A DNA stretch of 64,000 bases, taken from positions 32,001-96,000 of the IMG/VR virus record IMGVR_UViG_3300042396_000691. One strand, given 5' to 3'. The position numbers and the translations under genes are program-made. This DNA comes from a virus (lineage: Duplodnaviria; Caudoviricetes). Below the pieces are notes generated by a model that saw only the letters and a list, made by a program, of their open reading frames with translations, did not search any database and was not told where the DNA came from. This document shows positions 16,561 to 26,896 of this stretch, in pieces (position 1 is the first letter of the stretch; each line of letters starts with the position of its first letter).

Positions 16561-18538
16561 TGAAGTAGAAAAAATAATCAAAGAAGTATCAAAACAATAT
16601 GGTGCTGGTATTGCAATAAATGCAAGCGATTTGTTAGATGAAGAAAAGCATGTCATACCGCTTTCTCCAGCTTTAAATCTTGGTTTGCATGGCGGTATAC
16701 CAGAAGGTTCTTGGGTCACATGTTCTGGTCATCCAAAAAGCGGAAAAGAACAACCTATATCTGCTCTTGTTTACACTCCAAATGGACCTAAACCAATTGG
16801 TGAGTTGATGTTAGGTGAACATGTATGTACGCATGATGGAAATTCAGCAGAAATTCTTGCTATTTATCCACAAGGAGTTAAAGATGTTTATCGCATAAGT
16901 TTTTCTGATGGAACATTTGCAGAGTGCGGATTGGATCATCTTTGGTCAATTAAAACAAAAGATCATAAAGATTTTGTTGTTAGACAACTTAAAGATTTTA
17001 TCAATGATATTTATTACAAGTCTGGAAAAGTAGCAAAATATTCTATACCAATTTCTACTCCTGCATTGTTTAATGAAACAACTAAAGAGATTTCTCCATA
17101 CATAATGGGCATTTTTCTTGGTGCTGGAATTTTTGGAAAAAATTCAACATATGTAACTCTTGAAAAAGATTTAGATATTGTGAATGAAATGTCTGATAGC
17201 GATAAAAAATATATAGTTTATGACAATGAACCCAAAAAAATCTCTGCTAAAAATTCTAATCCTTTTATAAAGCTTGGACTTTTTAATATTGCAAATAACC
17301 AAAAGTTTATTCCCCCAAAATATTTATTTGATGGCGTTTATAATCGAACAAGATTAATAACTGGCATTTTAAAAGTAGCTGGATATTTAACTAAAGATAA
17401 AAGCTTGACTATTACAGTATCAAGTCAAAGACTTGCAGAAGATATTGTCACACTCGTTCAATCTTTAGGTGGAATAGGCAACTATTCTGTTCACAAGAAC
17501 AAAGGTTCAAAAAGATATGTCTGCATATTAAAACTTAACATTTTACAAAAAAGAAAAAATAAATTTGAAAGAAAAATAATATCTGTAAAAAAAGTAAGAA
17601 AAGAAGAGTGTGTTTGTATTACTATAAACACTAAAGATGGTTTGTATTTAACTAACAACTTTATAGTTACACATAACACCTTGACCTCACTTTCTTTTGC
17701 TGCACAATGTCAAAAACCTGAGAATGGTGGTAGACATGTGTATTATCTGAACATTGAAGGTCGATTGAAGCCTATGAACCTAAAGGGTATAGCTGGCTTA
17801 AATTTAGACAAGATGACAATCTATAGGTCTACTCAAGATAAGATTCTTTCCGCAAAGGACTACCTAAATTTGGCTTTTAAAGCCATTAATACGCATCCAG
17901 GAAGTTTGATCATTATAGATAGTGTTTCTGCCCTATGTGATGAAAAAGAGATGGATGAGGGCATTGGGTATGAGAATAGAGGGGCTGGTAATAAGCTTTT
18001 TGCTGGTTTTTGCAGACAAGCAGCCAATATAGTGCCAGTACAAAACTGCATTGTTTGGGCGATTATGCACTTAACCCAATCTCAAGGCATGTATGGTGGT
18101 TATACAGAAAAAGGCTCTAGAACATTGCAGTATCAAGCAGATGTTCAAATGAGGGTTAAATTTGATAAAGCTTGGAATGTTGGCATAGAGGGCAAAGAAA
18201 AACAAATCGGTCAACAAGTCCATTGGTTGATTGAATCTTGTGCTTTAGGTTCGCCCGGAATGGAAATTGACAGTTATATTCGTTATGGTATTGGTATTGA
18301 TAATACATATGAAGCCATAAATCTTGGTTGTCAGCTTGGCCTTATAGCTAAAGCTGGTGCTTGGATGACACTTGATTTTATGCAAAGGCACTTAAAATTG
18401 TTAGATTCAAAAGAATGGGATGATGCAACAATAAGAAAAGTTAAAACCCAAGGTGCAGAAAAGCTTTATAGGCTACTGCTTGAAAATCCTTTATGGGTAA
18501 AAGTTCTTGAGCAAGAAATAAAAGGTCTTTTATCATGA
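16553..18538 (+). CDS. recA: RecA/UvsX-like recombinase containing an intein
   Basis: SPALNLGLHGGIPEG, Walker A GHPKSGK|T interrupted by an intein, YLNIEGRL, Walker B LIIIDSVSAL, YIRYGIGID, KAGAW. Confidence 0.9.
   Translation: MSDEVEKIIKEVSKQYGAGIAINASDLLDEEKHVIPLSPALNLGLHGGIPEGSWVTCSGHPKSGKEQPISALVYTPNGPKPIGELMLGEHVCTHDGNSAEILAIYPQGVKDVYRISFSDGTFAECGLDHLWSIKTKDHKDFVVRQLKDFINDIYYKSGKVAKYSIPISTPALFNETTKEISPYIMGIFLGAGIFGKNSTYVTLEKDLDIVNEMSDSDKKYIVYDNEPKKISAKNSNPFIKLGLFNIANNQKFIPPKYLFDGVYNRTRLITGILKVAGYLTKDKSLTITVSSQRLAEDIVTLVQSLGGIGNYSVHKNKGSKRYVCILKLNILQKRKNKFERKIISVKKVRKEECVCITINTKDGLYLTNNFIVTHNTLTSLSFAAQCQKPENGGRHVYYLNIEGRLKPMNLKGIAGLNLDKMTIYRSTQDKILSAKDYLNLAFKAINTHPGSLIIIDSVSALCDEKEMDEGIGYENRGAGNKLFAGFCRQAANIVPVQNCIVWAIMHLTQSQGMYGGYTEKGSRTLQYQADVQMRVKFDKAWNVGIEGKEKQIGQQVHWLIESCALGSPGMEIDSYIRYGIGIDNTYEAINLGCQLGLIAKAGAWMTLDFMQRHLKLLDSKEWDDATIRKVKTQGAEKLYRLLLENPLWVKVLEQEIKGLLS
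16748..17677 (+). mobile_element. 310 aa intein (class 3-type) with degenerate LAGLIDADG endonuclease region
   Basis: Starts EQPISALVYTPNG, block B CGLDHLW, block F ECVCITI, block G FIVTHN followed by Thr+1; removal restores GxxxxGKT. Confidence 0.9.
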
Positions 18539-18939
18539 AAATAAAAGGTTTAGATGGAAGAATGCACTCTTGGTCATTTTATGGTCAAATGCCAGACATA
18601 AGTGATGAAAGAAAAAGATCGGAATTACACATAAGGACTAGGGTGTTGCTTAAATCTTTATATCCAGTAGATAGAATACTTGAAGAAGTTCATTTGCCTG
18701 GATCTGGAAATTTGTACGCAGATTTTTGGTTGCCATTAAGAAATAAAATCATAGAAGTTCATGGGGAACAGCATTATAAATTTGTTCCCTTCTTTCATGG
18801 AACACAGCTAAACTTTTTGGCATCAAAGGCGAATGACAATAAGAAGAAAGAATGGTGTTTAATTAACGGAATAGTTCTTGTGGAGTTACCATTTAATGAA
18901 TCAACCGAGCAGTGGCAATCAAGAATTGAACTTGACTGA
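18535..18939 (+). CDS. PD-(D/E)XK endonuclease (Vsr/DUF559-like)
   Basis: LYADFWLP...IIEVHGEQHY...DNKKKEWC..NGI.LVEL. Confidence 0.8.
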   Translation: MKIKGLDGRMHSWSFYGQMPDISDERKRSELHIRTRVLLKSLYPVDRILEEVHLPGSGNLYADFWLPLRNKIIEVHGEQHYKFVPFFHGTQLNFLASKANDNKKKEWCLINGIVLVELPFNESTEQWQSRIELD

Positions 18940-19405
18940 AGAACAAAAGATTGATCTTGCTTTAGAAAAGTATGAATTAACCATTGGGTTAACTCCAATT
19001 CCTTCTGATAAAGAGTTTACATGCATAAAATATTTATACTTATCGCAGGATGATTTATCAAAAATGAGCAGTGAACAATGCTCAGAATCATGTGTTTTAC
19101 TTAATAGCTTTTCTTTTCATATAAGCAGAGTTATAAATAAAGAAAAAACAAAATTAAGATGGTGCAACGAAAAGATTTTAAGTGTTGTAGCGAATAATCT
19201 TTCGGACTATAGATATTTTTCAGCAGAAGAAAGAATGGCTTTGTGCATAAAAGACAACGATTATGCAAAGAAAATAAAAAAGCTATCTGCTTTAATACAA
19301 GCAAGAATAGATAGAATTGAATATTTACCGATTAGACTTGAAAAAGTTGCTGAATCTTTGTCAAATTTAGCTTACTCAAAAAGGAAAAACAATGAATCTC
19401 GTTAA
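18896..19405 (+). CDS. helical hypothetical protein (possible recombination mediator)
   Basis: Coiled-coil character; position between recA and dnaB; start uncertain. Confidence 0.5.
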   Translation: MNQPSSGNQELNLTEEQKIDLALEKYELTIGLTPIPSDKEFTCIKYLYLSQDDLSKMSSEQCSESCVLLNSFSFHISRVINKEKTKLRWCNEKILSVVANNLSDYRYFSAEERMALCIKDNDYAKKIKKLSALIQARIDRIEYLPIRLEKVAESLSNLAYSKRKNNESR

Positions 19406-19808
19406 CATGTTGAAAACAGCAGTTGGAAACAAAGATTGGGTATTAGTGTCAAAAGCATTAGATATTTTAGCTGGCGATGAAGAATTTGTTGTTTTATCTA
19501 CTCCAGTCAAACAAGTTAATTTTTTATCTAACAAGGCTTCTGTCGGAAGCAAATCTTTAGTTGCACCAACAGCCAATAAGTTTGTTGATGATTTAACACT
19601 TGAGTCGGGCTTCATAGAAAAGAATCAAAAGCCTTCTAATAAAAGTTATAGGCAACCATTCAAAGAAGGCGATCATTTTTGTGAAGTAAAATGTTCTAGG
19701 TGTGGGTGCGTTATGAAGGTAACAAAAGAAGAACATAAGTTTAGAACAATTGATTCTGAATCAGCACCATTTACATGCATTAAGTGCATTAGAAATTCGA
19801 GTAGATAA
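19392..19808 (+). CDS. hypothetical protein with C-terminal zinc ribbon
   Basis: CSRC...CIKC. Confidence 0.6.
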   Translation: MNLVNMLKTAVGNKDWVLVSKALDILAGDEEFVVLSTPVKQVNFLSNKASVGSKSLVAPTANKFVDDLTLESGFIEKNQKPSNKSYRQPFKEGDHFCEVKCSRCGCVMKVTKEEHKFRTIDSESAPFTCIKCIRNSSR

Positions 19809-21271
19809 TGAACGATGTTGCGTCTGAAAGAGTTATATTGGCTGCTCTTTTTCAAAAGGGTTATGATTGCTATATTGAAATTTGCGATATTGTTGATGAA
19901 AACAGTTTTAGTTCTGATGAAACATCTGCGATATATAAGTGCTTGGTAAAAATAGTAAATGAAAAAGATTCAAAAGCTGATATACCATCAATTATAGCCG
20001 TAGCAAATTCTTTAAAAATACAGCAGTTTTTTCAAAAAGATGATCAAGCTAAATATCTTAGATCTTTGACATTATTGCCAGTTGAAATAGTTAATGCTAA
20101 AAAAGCAGCAGCAAAATTAAAAAAGATGCAAATTGCTAAGACTTTAGCTTACAACTTATCTAATTGTGCAAATGAGCTTTTGGGCATGACAGGTGACGAA
20201 CCTATTTCGCAAATAGTTTCTCTTGCAGAAGCAACTGTTTTAGATCAAACTTTTAAAATTTCGAATGCAGAAGATCCAACCCCAAAAGAAATATCTGAAG
20301 GTCTAGATGAATATGTAAAGTTTTTAGAAGATAATCCAATATCTCAACTTGGCATTTCATCTGGATTTAAAGTTTACGATAGGGCTATTGGTGGCGGTCT
20401 TAGACCTGGCACAGTTAATTTGATTGGTGCAAGAATGAAAACAGGCAAATCATTTTTTGCAGATAATGTTGCAATGAATGTTGCTAAACAAGGTATACCT
20501 GTCTTAATGTTTGACACTGAAATGACAGCGAAAGATCATTGGCATAGATTATTAGCTTGTATTGGAAATATTAAAATTGAGGAAATTGAAAATGGTTCTT
20601 TTTCAAAAGATTCCTCAAAAAAGAAAAGGGTTCACGATGCTTCAAAAGCATTGAAAGATATGCCGTTTAAGTATAAGTCTATTGCTGGAAAAAGCTTTGA
20701 TGAAGTTTTAAGTCTTGCTAGAAGATGGGTTATAAAAGATGTTGGTTTAGATGATTTTGGTAAAGCAAAGCCATGTTTGATAGTTCTAGACTATATAAAA
20801 TTGATGGATGATGGAACAATATCAAAAAACATTGCTGAATATCAAGCGTTAGGTTTTTTAATGACAAGCCTTCACAATTTTATGGTTCAGTATGGTGTTG
20901 CTTGTTTAGCCTTTACTCAATTAAATAGAGATGGCATAACAAGAGAGGATACAGATGTTGCATCAGGTTCCGATAGAATTTTGTGGTTGTGCAGCAATTT
21001 TTCAATATATAAGCGTAAAACAGAAGAAGAAATGGCAGATGAAAGTGTTTCTCAGAATAATGTTTCATATAATTTAAAACTAATACCAGTTGTTGCAAGA
21101 CATGGCAAAGGTATTGATGCTGGTGATTATATAAACATATCTGCAAATTATGAATATGGAAGAATAACAGAAGGACCAACTAGAAATGAATTTCATCAAC
21201 TTAGATCAACAAGAATTAATAACGGTTTTCAAATAGAGGAATTACCAGATGAAATCTCAGCAACAAATTGA
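19808..21271 (+). CDS. dnaB: replicative DNA helicase DnaB
   Basis: SERVILAAL N-domain, GARMKTGKS Walker A, FDTEM, IVLDYIKLM, TQLNR. Confidence 0.93.
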   Translation: MNDVASERVILAALFQKGYDCYIEICDIVDENSFSSDETSAIYKCLVKIVNEKDSKADIPSIIAVANSLKIQQFFQKDDQAKYLRSLTLLPVEIVNAKKAAAKLKKMQIAKTLAYNLSNCANELLGMTGDEPISQIVSLAEATVLDQTFKISNAEDPTPKEISEGLDEYVKFLEDNPISQLGISSGFKVYDRAIGGGLRPGTVNLIGARMKTGKSFFADNVAMNVAKQGIPVLMFDTEMTAKDHWHRLLACIGNIKIEEIENGSFSKDSSKKKRVHDASKALKDMPFKYKSIAGKSFDEVLSLARRWVIKDVGLDDFGKAKPCLIVLDYIKLMDDGTISKNIAEYQALGFLMTSLHNFMVQYGVACLAFTQLNRDGITREDTDVASGSDRILWLCSNFSIYKRKTEEEMADESVSQNNVSYNLKLIPVVARHGKGIDAGDYINISANYEYGRITEGPTRNEFHQLRSTRINNGFQIEELPDEISATN

Positions 21272-22364
21272 TTTTAAACTAGCAAATAAAATAATTTCAA
21301 AAAATATAGATGTTGTTTTAAATCACTTCGATATTGAATTAAATTATACGGATGCTTATCTTTCTGGCCCATGCCCAATACATGGTGGAGATAATAAGAC
21401 TGCATTTAACATTTTTACATCTGGTAATACGCATGTTGGAAATTGGATATGTTACACGCACCATTGTGAAAAAAGTTTTATAAATAACACCATTGGTTTT
21501 ATTAGAGGATTGATAAGTCATAGTAAATATAATTGGTCAAAATCTGGAGATAAAATAGCATCATTTGCAGAAACATTGTACTTAATAAAAAGCTTGTACG
21601 ATTTTTCAATTGATGATAATTTATCTACAAATAAACCTAAAAACATATTAGAATCTTCTGCATTTACAAAGACCACAAAAGAAAAACAGGATAAGTGGAG
21701 TAAGACTTCTGTAAGATCAAGCTTGTCAATACCATCTAAGTATTATCTTTCTAGGGGCTACACTGAAGAATGCTTAAATAATTATGACATAGGAGAGTCT
21801 AATTCCTCTATTGGAATATTTAAAGATAGGGTAGTTGTTCCAGTCTATGACACAGATGGAAAATTTATAGTTGGATTCACAGGAAGAACAAAGTATAAAA
21901 AGTGTGAAGCATGTAAACATTATCATAAACAAGAAGCTAGTTGCAATGGTTATGTTCATATGTCTAAGTGGTGTCACAACAAGGGTTTTTCTAAGAAAGA
22001 CTATTTATATAATTATAATTTTGCGATTGAGTCTATTAAAAAAACTGGCGTTGCCATATTGGTAGAAGGACCAGGAGATGTTTGGAGAATTACTGAATCT
22101 GGAATTAAAAATTCATTAGCTGTATTTGGATCTTCTTTAACAGATGCACAGCAGATTTTATTAGAGTCATCTGGAGCTTTGCACTTAATCCTACTGTTTG
22201 ATTCAGATGAGGCTGGTTTAAAGGCTGGCAATAGCATAGAATCTTCTCTTGGTAGAATGTTCAAAATAATTAAGCCAAAATTGCCGAATGGCTTTAAAGA
22301 TATTGGTGAGATGAGTGTGGATGATGTTAAAAGTTTTTTACTCCCTATTATGGAAAAGCTGTGA
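21249..22364 (+). CDS. dnaG: DNA primase DnaG-like
   Basis: CPIHGGDN...CYTHHC zinc finger, RVVVPV...VGFTGR, TOPRIM EGPGD and FDSDEAG; extra CEAC-containing insert. Confidence 0.9.
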   Translation: MKSQQQIDFKLANKIISKNIDVVLNHFDIELNYTDAYLSGPCPIHGGDNKTAFNIFTSGNTHVGNWICYTHHCEKSFINNTIGFIRGLISHSKYNWSKSGDKIASFAETLYLIKSLYDFSIDDNLSTNKPKNILESSAFTKTTKEKQDKWSKTSVRSSLSIPSKYYLSRGYTEECLNNYDIGESNSSIGIFKDRVVVPVYDTDGKFIVGFTGRTKYKKCEACKHYHKQEASCNGYVHMSKWCHNKGFSKKDYLYNYNFAIESIKKTGVAILVEGPGDVWRITESGIKNSLAVFGSSLTDAQQILLESSGALHLILLFDSDEAGLKAGNSIESSLGRMFKIIKPKLPNGFKDIGEMSVDDVKSFLLPIMEKL

Positions 22365-23008
22365 TACAAAAAATAATTGGGTTCTCTGGAAAAAAGGGTT
22401 CTGGCAAAGATACTATTGCTGGATTTCTTTCATTTAATTCTGTGGCTCTTTTTGGTTGTAGGTCATCCATTTATTCTTTTGCACAACCAATGAAAAAAAT
22501 AGCTATTGATTTTTTTGGCTTAAAGCACAAACAAGTTTTTGGATCATTTGAAGATAAAAAAACTTTGACAAACTATTTATGGGAAGATCTTCCACATTAC
22601 GAAGAAATTAAAATTCGAGAAGAAGTAGCTCCAACAGGTAAAATGACAGCTAGGGAATTTTTGCAGGAATTTGGAACTGGTATAGCCAGAAGAATGTGTA
22701 AAGATGTACACATAAATGCTTGTTTTAACGAAATAAGAAATAGTAATTGTCCATTGAATTTTATTACTGATGCAAGGTTTGAAAATGAAGTAGATAGCAT
22801 TAAAGCAAACGGTGGAATTGTTATAAGATTAACAAAAAGTACAGAAGACGATTATCACATAAGCGAAAATGAGTTGAACAGTAGTGAAAAATTTGATATT
22901 GTTCTAGACAATCAAAAAATGACAAAAGAAGAACAAAAAGTAGAAATTTTAAAAATTCTTAAGAAATTAGATTGGATAAAGAGTGATTATAACTTACTTA
23001 AGGTCTAG
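22361..23008 (+). CDS. deoxynucleoside monophosphate kinase
   Basis: GFSGKKGSGKDT P-loop, SFAQPMK, REFLQEFGT, ITDARFENE, HISE. Confidence 0.88.
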   Translation: MIQKIIGFSGKKGSGKDTIAGFLSFNSVALFGCRSSIYSFAQPMKKIAIDFFGLKHKQVFGSFEDKKTLTNYLWEDLPHYEEIKIREEVAPTGKMTAREFLQEFGTGIARRMCKDVHINACFNEIRNSNCPLNFITDARFENEVDSIKANGGIVIRLTKSTEDDYHISENELNSSEKFDIVLDNQKMTKEEQKVEILKILKKLDWIKSDYNLLKV

Positions 23009-24011
23009 TTCTGTATCATCATACTCTTGGTGTCAGCACAAGTATTGGTTAACCTACAATCTTGGGTTTAAGGATGATTCCAATAAAAAGGCAGAAAAAG
23101 GCAATGTTGTACATAAGGGTTTAGAATTGTTGGCAAATAAAAAGCTTTGCCTACAAAATGGAACAATTTCGTTCTCTGATTCTGAATTGGGTATGGAATT
23201 TATAACATCAGAAATGTCACCAGAAACAGCAATATTGGCTGGTTTTAATCATTATAAAAACAAAAGCACACATGAGTGGACAGATGTTGATTTTAAAGAA
23301 TGTACTAAGTGGTTGTGGGATGTTCTATTATTTAATAATGGCATGTTTTCACCACTAACTAGAAATATTGTCATGCCAGAACAGTATTTTGACATTGAAA
23401 TTGATAAGCCTTGGGCAAATTATGATTATTTTCTTCCAGATGGGCAAATAATTTCTGGAAAGTTACGAATAAAAGGAACTATGGACTTAATAACAAGAGT
23501 TGATTCAAAAACGGTAGAATATGTTGATTGGAAAACAGGGGAAAGAAAAAATTGGTCAACAGGAAAAGAAAAGGGTTATGATGATTTGTACAATGATTTT
23601 CAGCTTAGATTATACCATTATGCTTTAAATGAGTTGTACCCAAATGAAAACATGATAATTATGACAATATTTTTTGTTAAAGCTGGTGGACCATTTTCTT
23701 TGTGTTTTCAAAAAGACGACATAAAAACAACTGAAGAAATGATTAAAAAAGAATTTGAAAAAATTAAGAATTGCAATAGACCATCAAGGATAATAGACTA
23801 TGGAAAAGATAAGTGGAAATGCATTAGACTTTGCAGCTTCTACAAAGATAAACATAAGGATTCTGAAAATGAATCGATATGTGATTATATGCATCAAGAA
23901 TTAATACAACTTGGTATTAATAATGCGTATGTTAAACACGCCAAAAAAGATACCGTAAAATCTTATGGCGATGGTGGTGGTCAATCTAATAGGGAGAATC
24001 AAAATGGCTGA
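22983..24011 (+). CDS. PD-(D/E)XK nuclease (Cas4/AddB-like, probable Fe-S cysteines)
   Basis: SSS...WCQHKY, GNVVHKGLE, KGTMDL, YVDWKTG, QLRLYHYA, C-terminal C..LC...C. Confidence 0.85.
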   Translation: MIITYLRSSSVSSYSWCQHKYWLTYNLGFKDDSNKKAEKGNVVHKGLELLANKKLCLQNGTISFSDSELGMEFITSEMSPETAILAGFNHYKNKSTHEWTDVDFKECTKWLWDVLLFNNGMFSPLTRNIVMPEQYFDIEIDKPWANYDYFLPDGQIISGKLRIKGTMDLITRVDSKTVEYVDWKTGERKNWSTGKEKGYDDLYNDFQLRLYHYALNELYPNENMIIMTIFFVKAGGPFSLCFQKDDIKTTEEMIKKEFEKIKNCNRPSRIIDYGKDKWKCIRLCSFYKDKHKDSENESICDYMHQELIQLGINNAYVKHAKKDTVKSYGDGGGQSNRENQNG

Positions 24012-24702
24012 TTGGAGATGGGAAGACATTGTTTTTACTAACAAAAAAGAAGAAGTTGGAACAACACCAACTCCTGCACTAGAAATTGTTAAATATGAAC
24101 CTAAATACAATGGTGAAAAGGTTCTTGTTTTTAAAAATGAATTATTGAAAAATGATTCGTTTCAAGGATTCATTACTGGAGTTGAAGCAAAAAATTTACG
24201 AGATAAAATTCTTTCGACAGATAATATGTTTTATATTGATCGTGATATTGCAGAAAACGACAAATCTTATAAACAGGTTATACCATACTGTTTGATCAAT
24301 CGTGGAGATTCAACATTTTGTTATCAAAGATCTAAAAAAGGATCTGAAAATAGATTGCATGATTTATGGTCATTGGGTATTGGTGGACATGTTAATCCAT
24401 GTGATGGATTAAATGGTGAAACTATCACTAATGCATGTAAAAGAGAAATTGAAGAAGAAGTTGAGTTTTCCAATTTGAGAAATGCACACTTTATTGGATT
24501 GATAAACGATGACTCAAATGATGTAAGCTCTGTTCATTTTGGGGTTGTTTATAGTGTCAATCTTCAAGATCATTCAACTTTTAAAGTTAAAGAAGAAGCA
24601 TTAGCAGAAGGTTCTTTTGTTAAAAAAGAAATCGTTAAAGTTGAAGAAAAGAACTGGGAAAATTGGTCTAGTTTAATTGTAAAAGAATATTTAAGAAAGT
24701 AA
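24004..24702 (+). CDS. Nudix-family phosphoesterase (COG4112-like)
   Basis: AENDKSYKQVIPY, SENRLHDLWSLGIGGHVN, REIEEEV, VHFGVV. Confidence 0.85.
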   Translation: MADWRWEDIVFTNKKEEVGTTPTPALEIVKYEPKYNGEKVLVFKNELLKNDSFQGFITGVEAKNLRDKILSTDNMFYIDRDIAENDKSYKQVIPYCLINRGDSTFCYQRSKKGSENRLHDLWSLGIGGHVNPCDGLNGETITNACKREIEEEVEFSNLRNAHFIGLINDDSNDVSSVHFGVVYSVNLQDHSTFKVKEEALAEGSFVKKEIVKVEEKNWENWSSLIVKEYLRK

Positions 24703-24720
24703 TTTTTTTAGGAACAGCAC

Positions 24721-26634
24721 ATGAATAATTGGACAGCACTACATTGTCATTCTCATTACAGTCTTTTAGATGGTTTAACAAAGCCAGAATCTATGGCAAA
24801 AAGAGCCAAAAGCCTTGGACACAAGTCTATAGCTCTTACTGATCATGGAACTATTTCTGGCTCTATTTCTTTTAATAAGGCATGTGTTGCAGAAGAAATA
24901 AAACCAATAATAGGATGCGAGTTTTACATATGTAATCAAAGTGCTTTAATTCATGATAAAACTAATTCTAAAAATTCTCATTTGTGCGTTCTTGCTAAAA
25001 ATATTTCTGGCTGGTCTGAGCTTATAAAGCTATCATCTTTATCAAATAATAAAGATTATTTTTATTATAAGCCTAGACTAAGCTTGGAAGATTTTGCACC
25101 ATACTCAAAAAACCTAATAGCATTCTCTGGACACCCAGGAACCCAATTGGCTAGATGCATTTTTCCAGATGAAGCATATAAATGTTCTAGTCCAGAAGAA
25201 GCAAGAGCTTTAATTAAAGATGATTGGTTTGAAGAGTCTAAAAAGCTATGTTCTAAACACCAAGATATTTTTGGCAAGGAAAACTTTTTTATTGAAATAC
25301 AGCTTTTCGATAAAGACAACCTACACTGTTCTGTAGTCCTTGCTGAATGTCTTAGGAAACTATCCAAGGAAACTGGTATTAAGGCAATAGCTACTCCTGA
25401 TGCTCATTACGCTAAACAAGAGGATGCTTCTGATCAAAGAATAATATTATGTGCATCTATGGAAACAACTCTTTCTAAAGTAAGATCGTCTTTAGACAAA
25501 CATGAAGATTTTGGATTGTCTAGCTTTTTTAAATCAAACAGGTATTACATTCCATCTACTGAAGAAATTTTAGCTCTTCATGAACCAGAAGAGTTAAAAA
25601 ATTGTTTGTTGATTGAAGAGATGTGCGAAAATTATTCTTTAACAAAAAAATCTGTTTTGCCAAGTTTTGAGTGTCCAGAAAGTAAAAATGAACATGATTA
25701 CTTAAGAGAACTTTGTAGAAATGGGTGGAAAGAAAAGTTTTCAGATTTAGAAAAAGATTCATCAAAGTTTGAAAGCTATGTTGGAAGAATTAAAAATGAG
25801 CTTTCTGTTATAGGCGATGCTGGCCTTGAAGGTTATTTTTTAATTGTTCAAGACTATTGCAATTGGGCTAGAAAACAAGGGTGGTTAACAGGAAGAGGTC
25901 GTGGATCAGGTGCTGGTTGTATGATTTCTTATTTGCTTGGAATAACTCAAGTAGATCCAATCGAGCATAATTTAGTTTTTGAGCGTTTTTACAATGCTGG
26001 AAGAAATGTTCCAGGTCATGTAAGTCTTCCAGATATAGATTGTGATTTTCCAATCACCAAAAGAGACAAGGTTATTGACTATATTAAATCAAAGTATAAC
26101 GAAGAAAATGTTTCGCAAATGATAACATACAGTAGGATGCAGGGCAGGGGTGCTTTAAAAGATGTTTTAAGGGCACATGGTTTCTCTTTTGATGAAAGTA
26201 ATGCTATTACAAAAAACATACCTGATGAAGCTGAAATATCTGAACAGCTTCAAGAAATGAAGGAAGATGGTGGAGAATCATCAATCATTGGTTGGGCATT
26301 AGAAAATATCCCTTCAAAGCTTAAAGATTATTGTCAGATAGACGAACAGGGCAATATAACAGGAAAGCTATCAAAAGAGTTTGCACAAGCAATTAGGCTT
26401 GAGGGAACAAAGCGTAGCCAAGGAAAACATGCTGCTGGAATTGTCATAAGTCATACACCTTTAAAAGATATATGCCCTATGATTTACGATAAAAAGAATA
26501 AGCAAATGATTGCTGGTCTTGAAATGTCAGATCTTGAATCAATTGGTTTAGTTAAGTTTGATATTTTAGGGGTTGCAGTTTTAGATAAAATAATGGGGTG
26601 CATAAATTTATTGAAAGGAAAAGAAAATGAGTGA
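24721..26634 (+). CDS. dnaE: DNA polymerase III alpha, N-terminal part (PHP, palm, thumb)
   Basis: HCHSHYSLLDG, TDHG, DAHY, GRGSGAG, PDIDCDF, HAAGIVI, LVKFDILG, then a stop about 20 codons later. Confidence 0.93.
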   Translation: MNNWTALHCHSHYSLLDGLTKPESMAKRAKSLGHKSIALTDHGTISGSISFNKACVAEEIKPIIGCEFYICNQSALIHDKTNSKNSHLCVLAKNISGWSELIKLSSLSNNKDYFYYKPRLSLEDFAPYSKNLIAFSGHPGTQLARCIFPDEAYKCSSPEEARALIKDDWFEESKKLCSKHQDIFGKENFFIEIQLFDKDNLHCSVVLAECLRKLSKETGIKAIATPDAHYAKQEDASDQRIILCASMETTLSKVRSSLDKHEDFGLSSFFKSNRYYIPSTEEILALHEPEELKNCLLIEEMCENYSLTKKSVLPSFECPESKNEHDYLRELCRNGWKEKFSDLEKDSSKFESYVGRIKNELSVIGDAGLEGYFLIVQDYCNWARKQGWLTGRGRGSGAGCMISYLLGITQVDPIEHNLVFERFYNAGRNVPGHVSLPDIDCDFPITKRDKVIDYIKSKYNEENVSQMITYSRMQGRGALKDVLRAHGFSFDESNAITKNIPDEAEISEQLQEMKEDGGESSIIGWALENIPSKLKDYCQIDEQGNITGKLSKEFAQAIRLEGTKRSQGKHAAGIVISHTPLKDICPMIYDKKNKQMIAGLEMSDLESIGLVKFDILGVAVLDKIMGCINLLKGKENE

Positions 26635-26896
26635 AAAAGAAGAAATTGAATTAATAGCAAAACTGGTATCTCAACAAATGGGATTAGTTCAAGCTCTCTC
26701 AGAATGTCAAAATTCAAAAAGTCAACTTTCTTTACAATTTATAAAAATACTTAAAGCCATTGTATTAAAAAACAATGGTGATTTTGTTATAGAAAAAGAA
26801 TTTTTTGATTCTGCTGATGACAATGACTTTAAATTAGATATTACAACTGATGAAGAAGAATCGATTATTTTACAATTTACAGAGAATGAGGAATAA
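26627..26896 (+). CDS. small acidic hypothetical protein between the dnaE halves
   Basis: 89 aa; overlaps the dnaE-N stop and abuts the exonuclease start. Confidence 0.65.
   Translation: MSEKEEIELIAKLVSQQMGLVQALSECQNSKSQLSLQFIKILKAIVLKNNGDFVIEKEFFDSADDNDFKLDITTDEEESIILQFTENEE

Noticed and set aside
22983-24011. CRISPR-Cas system suggested by a Cas4-like nuclease
   Set aside because: No repeat-spacer array or other cas genes seen; stand-alone Cas4-like nucleases are common in phage replication modules.
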